DNA of 37,726 nt from a virus, in IMG/VR virus record IMGVR_UViG_3300028635_000021, positions 1 to 37,726 of that record; one strand, written 5' to 3'. Positions within the stretch are counted from its first letter, which is position 1. Each line of letters opens with the position of its first letter. Both the position numbers and the translations under genes were made by a program. This document shows, one piece after another, positions 6,908 through 15,455 of the stretch. The notes under the pieces were generated by a model. The model was not told the DNA's origin. It made no database searches and saw only the letters and a program-made list of their open reading frames with translations.

Positions 6908-7444
6908 ATGGTTTATCATTTACTTATGTTTAGAACAGTGTGCCTTTTGTTTATATGCATAAGTATCGCAGCTTGCGCCAAGGATGAGGAAACAAGTACT
7001 CAGCCCGCGGCGGCCGCTCAGCGCATTCCTGAAGAATGTACTTATCAAGTCACTGCCGCCCACACATTTATCGATGGCTATACTTTCAACGCGGACCGAT
7101 ATGACTGCGCACTTCAGTCGCGGATGTCATGCAAACTTTACGATGCAGGTGATGACCAGATCGAACTGCTGTGTGAAGAAATCAACCCGGCGCTGCCCCA
7201 AGGTGTTCCCTCAGGGTGCACGTACCAAGGCGGCAGCTCGACTTCAACTGTCCACTGGTTCATTGGGTACGGCCTTCTTTATTCAGAGGCATACACTTGC
7301 GGGTCGATCGGCGACGGCCTGGCTTGCACATACTTCACCCACCCAGGGAATCAATGCAGTGACACCAATGGAACCGCCGCCGATGATTGTGGACTCTATG
7401 AAGATGATGAAGTCCACGAAGAGATTCGCTGCTCTAAGTTCTAG
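6908..7444 (+). CDS. Cys-rich secreted lipoprotein (moron-like).
   Basis: The start is placed at Met18 of the track ORF. The signal plus lipobox is MVYHLLMFRTVCLLFICISIAAC. The mature part has 10 further Cys and an internal CTYQ...GY...Y.C duplication. An AT-rich region lies upstream. Confidence 0.65.
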   Translation: MVYHLLMFRTVCLLFICISIAACAKDEETSTQPAAAAQRIPEECTYQVTAAHTFIDGYTFNADRYDCALQSRMSCKLYDAGDDQIELLCEEINPALPQGVPSGCTYQGGSSTSTVHWFIGYGLLYSEAYTCGSIGDGLACTYFTHPGNQCSDTNGTAADDCGLYEDDEVHEEIRCSKF

Positions 7445-8025
7445 TTAACGTCAGTCCATGCGCCATTCGCCACGCCCACAGCGCTCCACAAGTTTGCACT
7501 CGTGGCCTCAAGCGTGATTGAAGAACCGATGTCAGTACAGCGAATCTCATCACCTGCAGAGGGTGTGATTGCGGCACCAGTGCCAGCGGCAACAGAGTTG
7601 ATCACTCCGATTACATCAGTCCCGTCCGCCGGATCGATGTCCATATCATCCGCTGTTCCGCAAATGAATGTATAGCGACAACCCAAAACGGTGGATGCTT
7701 CGGGCAAGGGCTGAACAGCCGCGCCGGCACTAATCACAGTCGAGCCGCATTGTGCAGCTGTTAGCGCGGTGGTGGATGCAGTTACGCGATTCTGTAAGAA
7801 ACCGTTGAGCTGGTCTCCGCCATCACCAGTGACATCACCAGTTGCCGTGAGGCTTACCGGCGTGACCGTGACCTTACCGCTGCTGATTGTACAAGACAGA
7901 CCGGATGCACACTGGATCTTGTGTGCCCCGCCAACGCGGTCGCCGGAAGAATTGTAAACCGTAAACGCCGCGTGAACATCGGCACAGAAAAACGCGGCCA
8001 TGAGAACTGAAAGAAGAAAACGCAT
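7441..8025 (-). CDS. Secreted protein with a cleavable signal peptide (moron-like).
   Basis: MRFLLSVLMAAFFCADVHA|AFT... is preceded by a perfect AGGAGG 5 nt upstream of the ATG and by its own 81-bp intergenic region. Confidence 0.65.
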   Translation of the reverse strand: MRFLLSVLMAAFFCADVHAAFTVYNSSGDRVGGAHKIQCASGLSCTISSGKVTVTPVSLTATGDVTGDGGDQLNGFLQNRVTASTTALTAAQCGSTVISAGAAVQPLPEASTVLGCRYTFICGTADDMDIDPADGTDVIGVINSVAAGTGAAITPSAGDEIRCTDIGSSITLEATSANLWSAVGVANGAWTDVN

Positions 8026-8106
8026 GAAACCCTCCTATAGGTTTTGTCTATCGTCGCAATTGCATTGATAGGTTAATCCTATGGATGGCTAGAATTCAAG
8101 TCTCGC

Positions 8107-8763
8107 TTAAGCGGCCTTCTTCTTAACTAATTGAACGTGAGGGCGATCCCAAGACAGGAACTCAACGGACACTCCAGCACGTGCAGCCGCAACCTTCATC
8201 TGTCTGCGCATCTCCGCGAATTTCGCGAGGTATTCAGGATCATCCCAATCTTTGGGATTCTTCGGGATGGGGTGAGGGTATGCATCGAATGCTGTGGACG
8301 GCATGGTGTTGTGGCGCGACTTCGGCCACGGGGCTTTCGAATACCCGCCGCGGACAGCTGCATCTTGGTCTGCCTTGTTGCGATGCCCGGTAGTGACAAC
8401 AACAGGAAAGATCTTCTCAAGCTCAGCGGCCATCTTCTGAAGATCGGGGTGACACTGAGCCAGGTTCTTTAAGCTTCGTTCATTATATTTGAAGTCACCC
8501 GTCTGAACAGGCTGCTCTCGTTCATCGGGCTTTTCGGCAAGCGCCGCGACGGCAAGCTTTAAGTGAGCGAGCGTTGTGGTGCCACAGCGGCCATCAACCG
8601 TGAGCTTCCGACTTTGCTGGAATGATCGCACCCCGGCATCAGTGCGCGGTCCGAACTTCCCATCAGCTTCGCCAATGTTAATGCCCAAGGTGATGAGCAT
8701 TCTTTGGATCTGTAAAACCTGAGGGCCTCTGCTGCCTTCTTTATAGATCGCCATTACTTGCAC
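8107..8763 (-). CDS. Endolysin: N-terminal peptidoglycan-binding domain plus C-terminal M15-type (T5-like L-alanyl-D-glutamate / VanY-like) peptidase.
   Basis: GSRGPQVLQIQRMLITLGINIGEADGKFGPRTDAGVRSFQ matches the PG_binding_1 pattern. ...GHRNKADQDAAV...SRHNTMPSTAFDAYP...WDRPHVQL matches the H-x(6)-D ... H zinc-peptidase pattern. Confidence 0.85.
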   Translation of the reverse strand: MQVMAIYKEGSRGPQVLQIQRMLITLGINIGEADGKFGPRTDAGVRSFQQSRKLTVDGRCGTTTLAHLKLAVAALAEKPDEREQPVQTGDFKYNERSLKNLAQCHPDLQKMAAELEKIFPVVVTTGHRNKADQDAAVRGGYSKAPWPKSRHNTMPSTAFDAYPHPIPKNPKDWDDPEYLAKFAEMRRQMKVAAARAGVSVEFLSWDRPHVQLVKKKAA

Positions 8764-9029
8764 CTTTGCTTAGCAATTTGGATGACTGTGTCTGTCCAGT
8801 CTTCTAGTTCGTTGAAGTCATCAAGCGAAACGGCTTGAGCGTTTTCCATGCGAGGATCATTCAGTGCACGGTTCTCACATTTTTTAGTTTCGGAATTGCA
8901 GCAGCGCCATTTGCTGAACTTGATCGAGTAAGTACACTTGTCGTGTTCAGGCGCATCCGGAACTTCTTTGCCACAGCCAATCGCGCTAAGGCTTAGAGCC
9001 ATTGCGATGCAAGCGATCAGACGCTTCAT
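8754..9029 (-). CDS. Lipoprotein, putative o-spanin.
   Basis: MKRLIACIAMALSLSAIGC lipobox. Its start is embedded in the 3-prime end of the i-spanin-like gene, and it lies between the holin and the endolysin. Confidence 0.6.
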   Translation of the reverse strand: MKRLIACIAMALSLSAIGCGKEVPDAPEHDKCTYSIKFSKWRCCNSETKKCENRALNDPRMENAQAVSLDDFNELEDWTDTVIQIAKQRCK

Positions 9030-9207
9030 TGAATTCCTCTTCTGTTTGAGCGTTGTTCAAATCTTCCGATGCTTCTTTGCGTTCTTGTGAGCGCTTCTCA
9101 GCTTCGGCCTTCGCCTTCGCATCGGCTGCATCCTGGGCTTGGCGAACCAAACCCAGGAGCTCCAGAACCAGGCGAATGAGAGACCACAGTCCTGAAAGCC
9201 AACTCAT
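8986..9207 (-). CDS. Putative i-spanin (N-terminal TM segment plus charged coiled coil).
   Basis: MSWLSGLWSLIRLVLELLGLV is followed by QAQDAADAKAKAEAEKRSQERKE... It overlaps the lipoprotein gene by 44 nt. Confidence 0.6.
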   Translation of the reverse strand: MSWLSGLWSLIRLVLELLGLVRQAQDAADAKAKAEAEKRSQERKEASEDLNNAQTEEEFNEASDRLHRNGSKP

Positions 9208-9404
9208 TACTTAGGCTCTTCTTGCTTCGGCTTGCGCGAGAACTTCGAGAGGAAGTCCAATGCTGATTGCAAAGCCTTCTCCGGCTGATCTCCAGGGATG
9301 AGCATCGCCAATGCGATCAGCGCACCAAGTGCGACAACTGCAGACTCGATGATGACCTGGTAATTCGCGAGCAACCATTTTCCTAGTTCTAGAACATTAT
9401 CCAT
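9207..9404 (-). CDS. Putative holin.
   Basis: 65 aa with a hydrophobic core, VIIESAVVALGALIALAMLIPG, and a charged C-terminus. Its position is within the lysis cassette. Confidence 0.55.
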   Translation of the reverse strand: MDNVLELGKWLLANYQVIIESAVVALGALIALAMLIPGDQPEKALQSALDFLSKFSRKPKQEEPK

Positions 9405-9420
9405 TCGCTTCTCCTTTGGC

Positions 9421-9615
9421 TTAGTTAAGCCGGTTTAATTTCCATTCCACGTAAACAATTAGAATTGCGGCAACGACTCCATTCAGCCAGCCACTGGCTT
9501 TTCCAAACACACCGCGAGCTCCGCGCAATTCAGCCATCTCTTCGCGCAGCTTCTTAATGTCCGCGCGCATCTCCTGATTGAGTTCTAGTAGAAGAGTGAG
9601 TCGGTCGGATTCCAT
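9421..9615 (-). CDS. Small membrane protein (coiled coil plus C-terminal TM segment). Possibly a holin partner or antiholin.
   Basis: 64 aa, ...WLNGVVAAILIVYVEW... It lies between the tail fibre and the holin. Confidence 0.45.
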   Translation of the reverse strand: MESDRLTLLLELNQEMRADIKKLREEMAELRGARGVFGKASGWLNGVVAAILIVYVEWKLNRLN

Positions 9616-9618
9616 CGA

Positions 9619-11592
9619 CTATCCATTCCAGCCCGTGACGCGCCAACGCGCATTCCACATGATTTTGTCGCCGCTTGCCCACGTGAAAGGGATGTTGGAA
9701 GAGGTATTTGCCTGAGCCCCGTAGCTGCCCGACGCAGCAGAAGCACTTAAAAATACGGCGCTCGATGAAACGGTATGAACTTTGCCTTCAAAATATGTGG
9801 AGTTACCATTGTTGACGAATGCAGATTGTCCCAAGGGGTGAACTTTCGTACTTGGCGAAGGATATACCGCGGGATCAAATGCATAGGCTGCCGGAACAGT
9901 AACGGTAAGCTGTGTTAGGGAAAATGCACCACTTGCAGTGGTGATGCCTTCGACTTCTAACCATTGCCCATTCCGCGTGAGGCTTACGGATGTAGAACAA
10001 TTGGACTCACTATCCGTCCACGCTTCTGTGGCCGAAAAGGCAGTGCGCCTTTCAAGGATGAGCCAATTCGATCCATCACAAACAATCTTTAACTTTTCAT
10101 ATTGTGTGTTAAGCGTCGTCGTCGTGGCGCCGTTAATGGTTTCCGAGGAATTGCCGTCAACGGTGATAGCGTTCGCCGAAGAGTCCGTCTTGATGATCTC
10201 AAGTACAGCTCCGGAGTTTCCCGATGCCGCGGGCAGATTTACCGTGAATGCACCGCCACTCGCATCACAGCGAATTACATCGTCTGACGTGGTGGCCGAA
10301 TAGGTGCTTGTCTTAGATGAAGTAACGGTGACCTTAGCCACCGCTCCGGTCGCAAGCTTAGGCCGCGAAACAGATCCCTCTTCCGGTGTCGCGAGTTCAA
10401 GCGTTTGAAAGTTGGTTCCATCGTAAACCAATGTGTAAACGCGCCCGGTTGTAATGTTACCGGCGACAAGCGCGGCGCCGGACTGAGTCTTCAAATCTTT
10501 ATTGCCAAGGCCAGAGACGTTTACGGTCACAGCACCGGTGTTTGTATTTGTGGCCTTGAAGGCAACGCGAATGCCATTGCTGTAAGAACCAAGCGCCGGG
10601 CTTGTGGTGAGCGTTATGGCGTCACCAGTTCCGCCAACTGTTCCGGCCCAGAGAAGTGTGGCTGCGCTCGCAGCATACGCAGCGGCGTTCGATTCGCTCA
10701 ATGCGGCAGCGGCTTCGCTCGCGGCTGCGTTTGTTTCCGACGTCGCGGCGGCGGTCTCTGAGGCAGCGGCAGCCGTTTCGCTCGCGGCGGCATTGGTCTC
10801 CGAAGTCGCAGCGGCAGTTTCACTTGCGGCGGCCGCGGTCTCACTCGCAGCTGCATTTGTTTCCGATGTTGCGGCAGCGGTCTCTGAAGCGGCGGCGGCG
10901 GTTTCGCTTGCAGCTGCGGCGGTCTCTGAGGCGGCTGCGTTTGTTTCCGACGTCGCGGCGGCAGTCTCTGAGGCAGCGGCAGCGGAAGCGCTTGCAGCTG
11001 CGGCAGTTTCGCTTGCATCAGCTGCAGTTTCAGATGCGGCGGCGGCCAATTCAGACGCAGCGGCCGCGGCAGCACTTGCAGCGGCTAATATCGCTTGCTC
11101 ATCAGGATCATAGTCGGAATTCTCGAAGACACCCTCGGCAGTCCACTTGAGTGTCTTGCCGGTGCTGGGCTCCGGAAGCTCAGCGCCTTCCGAGGAGCTT
11201 GTGACCGGGAACTTAAGAGCTCGCCCGATGCGCTCTGCAAGCATAATGTTTTGAATGTGAAGTCGATTAATCTCGGCTTGAAGATCATAGGTGCTGATGT
11301 TGTTCAGCAGAGACAAGTCATACTCTGAGCCAAGCCCAGGCACGTTGATGATCAGCACATCAAGTGTTGAAGCCGGCGCGCTCAACATTGTAATCGAGCC
11401 ACCCTCGGCACTTTCATTTAATGAGACCGTGTAATCCGTTGTGAGCGTCTTTAATGTACCCACGCCCGTTGAGCGAACTATCGTGTATACAAGCAGGTCG
11501 CTCGCTTGGATCACCGCGAAGTCAAAAGTGAACAGGACGGTCGATGCGTCCCCTGTGTGCTTAATCCGATTTGTCTCGTTACTGACTGCCAT
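9619..11592 (-). CDS. Tail fibre protein with a long Ala-rich heptad stalk.
   Basis: 657 aa. The N-terminus ...IKHTGDASTVLFTFDF... resembles podovirus fibre N-termini. It has about 20 SETAAAx heptads and a C-terminal beta-rich domain (...KLKIVCDGSNWLILE...). It is the last virion gene before lysis. Confidence 0.8.
   Translation of the reverse strand: MAVSNETNRIKHTGDASTVLFTFDFAVIQASDLLVYTIVRSTGVGTLKTLTTDYTVSLNESAEGGSITMLSAPASTLDVLIINVPGLGSEYDLSLLNNISTYDLQAEINRLHIQNIMLAERIGRALKFPVTSSSEGAELPEPSTGKTLKWTAEGVFENSDYDPDEQAILAAASAAAAAASELAAAASETAADASETAAAASASAAAASETAAATSETNAAASETAAAASETAAAASETAAATSETNAAASETAAAASETAAATSETNAAASETAAAASETAAATSETNAAASEAAAALSESNAAAYAASAATLLWAGTVGGTGDAITLTTSPALGSYSNGIRVAFKATNTNTGAVTVNVSGLGNKDLKTQSGAALVAGNITTGRVYTLVYDGTNFQTLELATPEEGSVSRPKLATGAVAKVTVTSSKTSTYSATTSDDVIRCDASGGAFTVNLPAASGNSGAVLEIIKTDSSANAITVDGNSSETINGATTTTLNTQYEKLKIVCDGSNWLILERRTAFSATEAWTDSESNCSTSVSLTRNGQWLEVEGITTASGAFSLTQLTVTVPAAYAFDPAVYPSPSTKVHPLGQSAFVNNGNSTYFEGKVHTVSSSAVFLSASAASGSYGAQANTSSNIPFTWASGDKIMWNARWRVTGWNG
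10660..11091 (-). repeat. Tandem 21-nt (7-aa) coding repeat array with a 63-nt higher-order unit.
   Basis: aa 168-311 of the fibre: SETAAAA/SETAAAT/SETNAAA units repeated. The complementary strand gives long mirror Ala-rich ORFs. Confidence 0.9.
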
Positions 11593-14133
11593 CTATTCTT
11601 CTCCTGCTATGAGCGAGGGATCAATGCCTTCAAGTCCTTGTCCAGGCGACCACCAAAACTTCTGCCCAGATTCCTTAGTCAATTTCCGCTCAAGCTTTCG
11701 CATTCGCCGATCGAACTGTGGATCCACAAGTCTTTCGAAGTTATCTAAGATCAATCTTTCCAGAGCCAAACGCCCATACCAGAGGGAGCCAAGCGGAATG
11801 TTTCTCTTTGCCACTCTAAATAGATCTCGCCCCGGATTGGCCTCATCGCCTTCAAAAACTGCCCGGTCAAAGTTGCCTTTAGTCGCGGTGTAAATGTCCT
11901 CGAAAAGTCCAGGGATCGGACCCATGGCTTCGGTAATTGGATTGCGGCCAAACCTCGAGTAGTCGCCTAAGAAGAAGTCACCCATGAGGCCAAGGCCCCC
12001 GCCCTGAAGCATCGCTGCCATCCAGAACTTTGGGTTGTCCATCGGGTTTGATTCTTTCGTGGTCTTACCTTTGACAATCTCTTTGAGCTGCATTGCGAGC
12101 CCACCGAGAAGTGTGGTGCCAATCATCGTGACTGCTAGGTGATCGAACTTGCGCTTGTTAAGTGGCGCGCTTCCTAAGAATGCATTGCTAAGCTTCGCGT
12201 CCCCAAAACCTGCCCGGCGCATTGCCGGAAGCAGATGAGTCATGATCACCGTGATTGGGAAAGACTTAAACATTGTGAGCGACGACATAACCGCGCGACT
12301 CGCAGTGGCCGGACCACCGTCGCCAAGAAGCGCGCCGGATGTAATTGCGCGAGTGGAGAGTCGAACTTCGTTTGCGGCGGATTGCCTTAGGTACATCAGC
12401 CAGTCGTCAATCTTGTCCGCAACTTCCTTGGCTCGCGCCGGATCTAGCTTTGAATCCACGCGAAGTTCACTTGTGATGAGGAACTTGCCTTCACCAGCAT
12501 TAACCAGATCGGCCTTTGCGAGCTCATCCCAGTCACGCTTGTTGAGTTCAAACTTCTTAAGATTGGCTTTTAGATCAGGATCAAGATCTGCCCACCCAGT
12601 TTTACGGGCGAGGGTTTCAGCGAGTGTCGCCATTCCCTCTAATGCAATCGAGTCTTGAGTTGCCTTAGTCATTGCGCCAAGGCCCGACATTTTGTTGGTC
12701 ATGCCGGAAAGCCATCCGGTCCACCCAGACATGCTGTTCTCACCAGCAAAGCGGGCATCCTCAAGGACGGAACCAGCGATGGATTCAACTATGTAACCGG
12801 AACGACGTGCAATCTCTTTGGCTTCAGACCCACCGCTTAGAGATTGAAAGTACTTGCCCATGGCTCGCGTGGCGCTAAGTCCGTTGATCTTCGCTGTGAC
12901 CGCAATAAACGCTGTATCTGAGATTGCGGAGATCGAGGCGCTTCCAAGCATCGCTGACCGGATCCAATTCTGTGTCCCAGAGAATAGACGCCAAACGGCT
13001 GAGTCGGTGTCCCCGCCCTCAAAGCGCGAAGTCAAAATCCTGAACTGCGCATCCGTCCACTTCTTCTTCCATGTGGGTGAGCCTGCCGCATCGATCTTGA
13101 AATTAAGAAAGCGTGCGAGCCCAGACGGCCTGGGCCCCATGACCTCAAGAACGCCAATGTCTTTTGAAATGGAATCGACGGAACCAAGAAAAGCGCTGAT
13201 CAAGCCCTTGTCGCCCACTCCAAACTTCGCGTTGTACTCGAGGAATGCATTCGCATCTTTGAATTGCATGAAGCGGGACTTGGTGCGCTTCTGATCAATG
13301 TCAGATCCGCGGCCCATGGGCGCTTCGCCTTTTCGACTGAGCTCTAAAAGATCAGATCTTCCGGCGGTTACAATCGAGTCATATTCTTTATAAAGTATAC
13401 TTTTCAGCTTCTCGGCGGTGAAACCCGCACCCGTTGATTCGTCGATCATCTTCTCGCGATCGAGGCGCGCGAGAGTGTAATCCACCCATTCGTCTTTTGA
13501 GACTTTGCGGATCGATTCCTTCTTATGAACTTGAGGGAAATAGTTTTCGATCTTACCAATGATTCCGCCGGCTGATTTGTAGCGCGCGTGCAAGTAGTCG
13601 AACGTCTGCTTCATCACATCGGCGGCTTGCCTGGCCGCTGGCTCATCCACGGCTTCCCCGAGTAAATGGCGAACGCCTTTGGCAAACGTGTCGTAGTCGC
13701 GGCCAGTCTCTAGGAAGTTCGCCTTAAGCGTTTCAGCGGCCTTGTCCATAAACTTATAGGCCATCTTCTGAACCGATTGCCCGCGCCAGGCTGCGCGCTG
13801 ATACATGTCGGCCGCGTACTTGGGCGCGAAAGACGCCTCATCTTCGCCGGACTCTTTTAGCTTCTCGGCGTAGTCTGCATTCACTTCTTGTTGCTTGAGT
13901 GCGGCTTGCCTTAAGTTCCGCTGAGCTTCATCAATCAATTGCCTACGGCCCTGGAGGAAGTCTTCAGCCGCGAGCTCAGCCGCTTCTTCAGAGCGCCCGG
14001 CAAGGAAGTATTTCTTGGCGCGCTCATCAACTTGTTTGAAGATCTGTTCGGCCTGCTCCTTAGTGATCTCGCCGGACGTGACTTTGCCAATGATGCAATC
14101 TTTAAACTTCACTCGCCACCCCCAAGGCCACAT
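11593..14133 (-). CDS. Large internal virion (ejection/core) protein with C-terminal hydrophobic segments.
   Basis: 846 aa in the T7 gp15/gp16-equivalent position. Hydrophobic stretches include LAVTMIGTTLLGGLAMQL and FWMAAMLQGGGLGLMGDFF. Confidence 0.6.
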   Translation of the reverse strand: MWPWGWRVKFKDCIIGKVTSGEITKEQAEQIFKQVDERAKKYFLAGRSEEAAELAAEDFLQGRRQLIDEAQRNLRQAALKQQEVNADYAEKLKESGEDEASFAPKYAADMYQRAAWRGQSVQKMAYKFMDKAAETLKANFLETGRDYDTFAKGVRHLLGEAVDEPAARQAADVMKQTFDYLHARYKSAGGIIGKIENYFPQVHKKESIRKVSKDEWVDYTLARLDREKMIDESTGAGFTAEKLKSILYKEYDSIVTAGRSDLLELSRKGEAPMGRGSDIDQKRTKSRFMQFKDANAFLEYNAKFGVGDKGLISAFLGSVDSISKDIGVLEVMGPRPSGLARFLNFKIDAAGSPTWKKKWTDAQFRILTSRFEGGDTDSAVWRLFSGTQNWIRSAMLGSASISAISDTAFIAVTAKINGLSATRAMGKYFQSLSGGSEAKEIARRSGYIVESIAGSVLEDARFAGENSMSGWTGWLSGMTNKMSGLGAMTKATQDSIALEGMATLAETLARKTGWADLDPDLKANLKKFELNKRDWDELAKADLVNAGEGKFLITSELRVDSKLDPARAKEVADKIDDWLMYLRQSAANEVRLSTRAITSGALLGDGGPATASRAVMSSLTMFKSFPITVIMTHLLPAMRRAGFGDAKLSNAFLGSAPLNKRKFDHLAVTMIGTTLLGGLAMQLKEIVKGKTTKESNPMDNPKFWMAAMLQGGGLGLMGDFFLGDYSRFGRNPITEAMGPIPGLFEDIYTATKGNFDRAVFEGDEANPGRDLFRVAKRNIPLGSLWYGRLALERLILDNFERLVDPQFDRRMRKLERKLTKESGQKFWWSPGQGLEGIDPSLIAGEE

Positions 14134-15455
14134 GCAGAGATGGATGAGAAGAACTTCTCATCCTCATCAAACTTGGCGCGAAGCTCCGCCGCGGACACGT
14201 CGCCTTTTTCTTCATCCATAAACACGCGCTCATCCGACTTGCCCACACGCTCATCAAAGTCTGCGCGCTCGCGCGCCTTGTATGCCGGACTCTCATACAT
14301 ATCTAAAAGTTCCTGTTGGCGCTGGACCTGGGGTGCGTCCACGTCATTAAAATCGAAGATCTCGTTGCCCCTGGCAGGCGCCTCGGCTTTGACCACGGGC
14401 GAATCTTCCACCATGCGCTCATGGATCTTGGCTGTGGATTCATCCATCTTTGTACGGTCAAGGCTTCTAATCTGTTCATCGGTGACGGGAATCTTTTCTG
14501 GATCGATGGGCCTGCCAGCGTTGGCGGCTGCGTCCACTTCACTAAGCGCCCGCGCGTGAGCTTCCGGATCAACACCCTCGCCAAGGCGTACTGGGCTCGC
14601 TTCTTCCATATGCAGGCGTCTTGATTCGTATGTGGCAGCCGCGGCGGCTAGGGGGTTGTCGCGCTCAGAGAACTTCGATGCGAGCTCAAGCATCCCAAGG
14701 CTTCGGGCTTTGGCGATCCCTGCAGGAATACCCTTCATCACACCAGAGATTCCGGCACCGAAGACGGCGGCAAGGCCAGCGTTTTCAGCTAGGTCCTTTA
14801 AGCCGTATTCATTTCCAAGTTCCTTCTGCCATTCTGATATGTGTGGATGTGAAATGATCTCAGCGCCGACGTTAACACCAGCTTCAATGAGCGCCGTCTT
14901 TATGATGCCCGCACCAACTCCAGCGCCTAACGGCATGGTGGCAAGGTTAAGCGGATCCATCGCAGATGCGGCAACCCCGCCGGCCAGCGACCCAGCAAGG
15001 CGCGAGGTATCGGTCGCACCAGCCTGAACCTTTTCTGTCGTAGCCAGCGATGCACGCGCCTTGCTCTTTACAATCTCGGCGATCTCGCCTGAGGTTCCGA
15101 TGTCTTTGAACCTATCGGGATCTTCGGATTTAAGCTTGGTCAGGTATTGATCAATGGCCTCGCGGCGCTTCTCATGATCCTCTGGGTTCGCCGCCCAGTT
15201 TGGCTTCTCATAGTCCTCGCCAACTTGGCCCTGAAACACATCTTGATATATGTCGCGCCCGGTGACTTCCTTGTATTTACGGTCTCGCGCAACCCTCTCG
15301 CGGTCTTCATAGAACTCTTTTGAATTGAATAAGTAATTGCGCGAGGTCGAATCAAAAGCCGCACTGAAGACATCACCAAAATCAGTTGCCGGACTTTGAG
15401 CAACCTCAAAGCCTGTGTCCAATTTAGATTGATCGATCAGCCCAAAGACGCTCAT
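14109..15455 (-). CDS. Internal virion protein.
   Basis: 448 aa, assigned by position in the core-protein run. Confidence 0.5.
   Translation of the reverse strand: MSVFGLIDQSKLDTGFEVAQSPATDFGDVFSAAFDSTSRNYLFNSKEFYEDRERVARDRKYKEVTGRDIYQDVFQGQVGEDYEKPNWAANPEDHEKRREAIDQYLTKLKSEDPDRFKDIGTSGEIAEIVKSKARASLATTEKVQAGATDTSRLAGSLAGGVAASAMDPLNLATMPLGAGVGAGIIKTALIEAGVNVGAEIISHPHISEWQKELGNEYGLKDLAENAGLAAVFGAGISGVMKGIPAGIAKARSLGMLELASKFSERDNPLAAAAATYESRRLHMEEASPVRLGEGVDPEAHARALSEVDAAANAGRPIDPEKIPVTDEQIRSLDRTKMDESTAKIHERMVEDSPVVKAEAPARGNEIFDFNDVDAPQVQRQQELLDMYESPAYKARERADFDERVGKSDERVFMDEEKGDVSAAELRAKFDEDEKFFSSISACGLGGGE

Noticed and set aside
10604-11150. Long plus-strand ORFs (169 and 164 aa) and a minus-strand alternative-frame ORF across the fibre repeat. 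The periodicity also looks superficially array-like.
   Set aside because: These are mirror or shifted readings of the GC-rich 21-nt coding repeat. The repeats are contiguous with no unique spacers, so this is not a CRISPR array.
9619-11592. Looked for a diversity-generating retroelement (template/variable repeat pair plus reverse transcriptase), because BPP-1-like podophages carry one at the fibre gene.
   Set aside because: No RT-like ORF occurs anywhere in the window. I also found no second copy of the fibre 3-prime end, including in the 2773..3247 non-coding island.
12242-13294. Several 60-150-aa plus-strand ORFs opposite the large internal virion protein genes. Similar ones occur at 13939..14559, 14632..15027, 15822..16196, 19126..20452 and 20599..21045.
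   Set aside because: All are antisense to long, uninterrupted minus-strand genes in a compact operon. They have no start-site support and give Ser/Arg/Ala-rich products typical of antisense frames.
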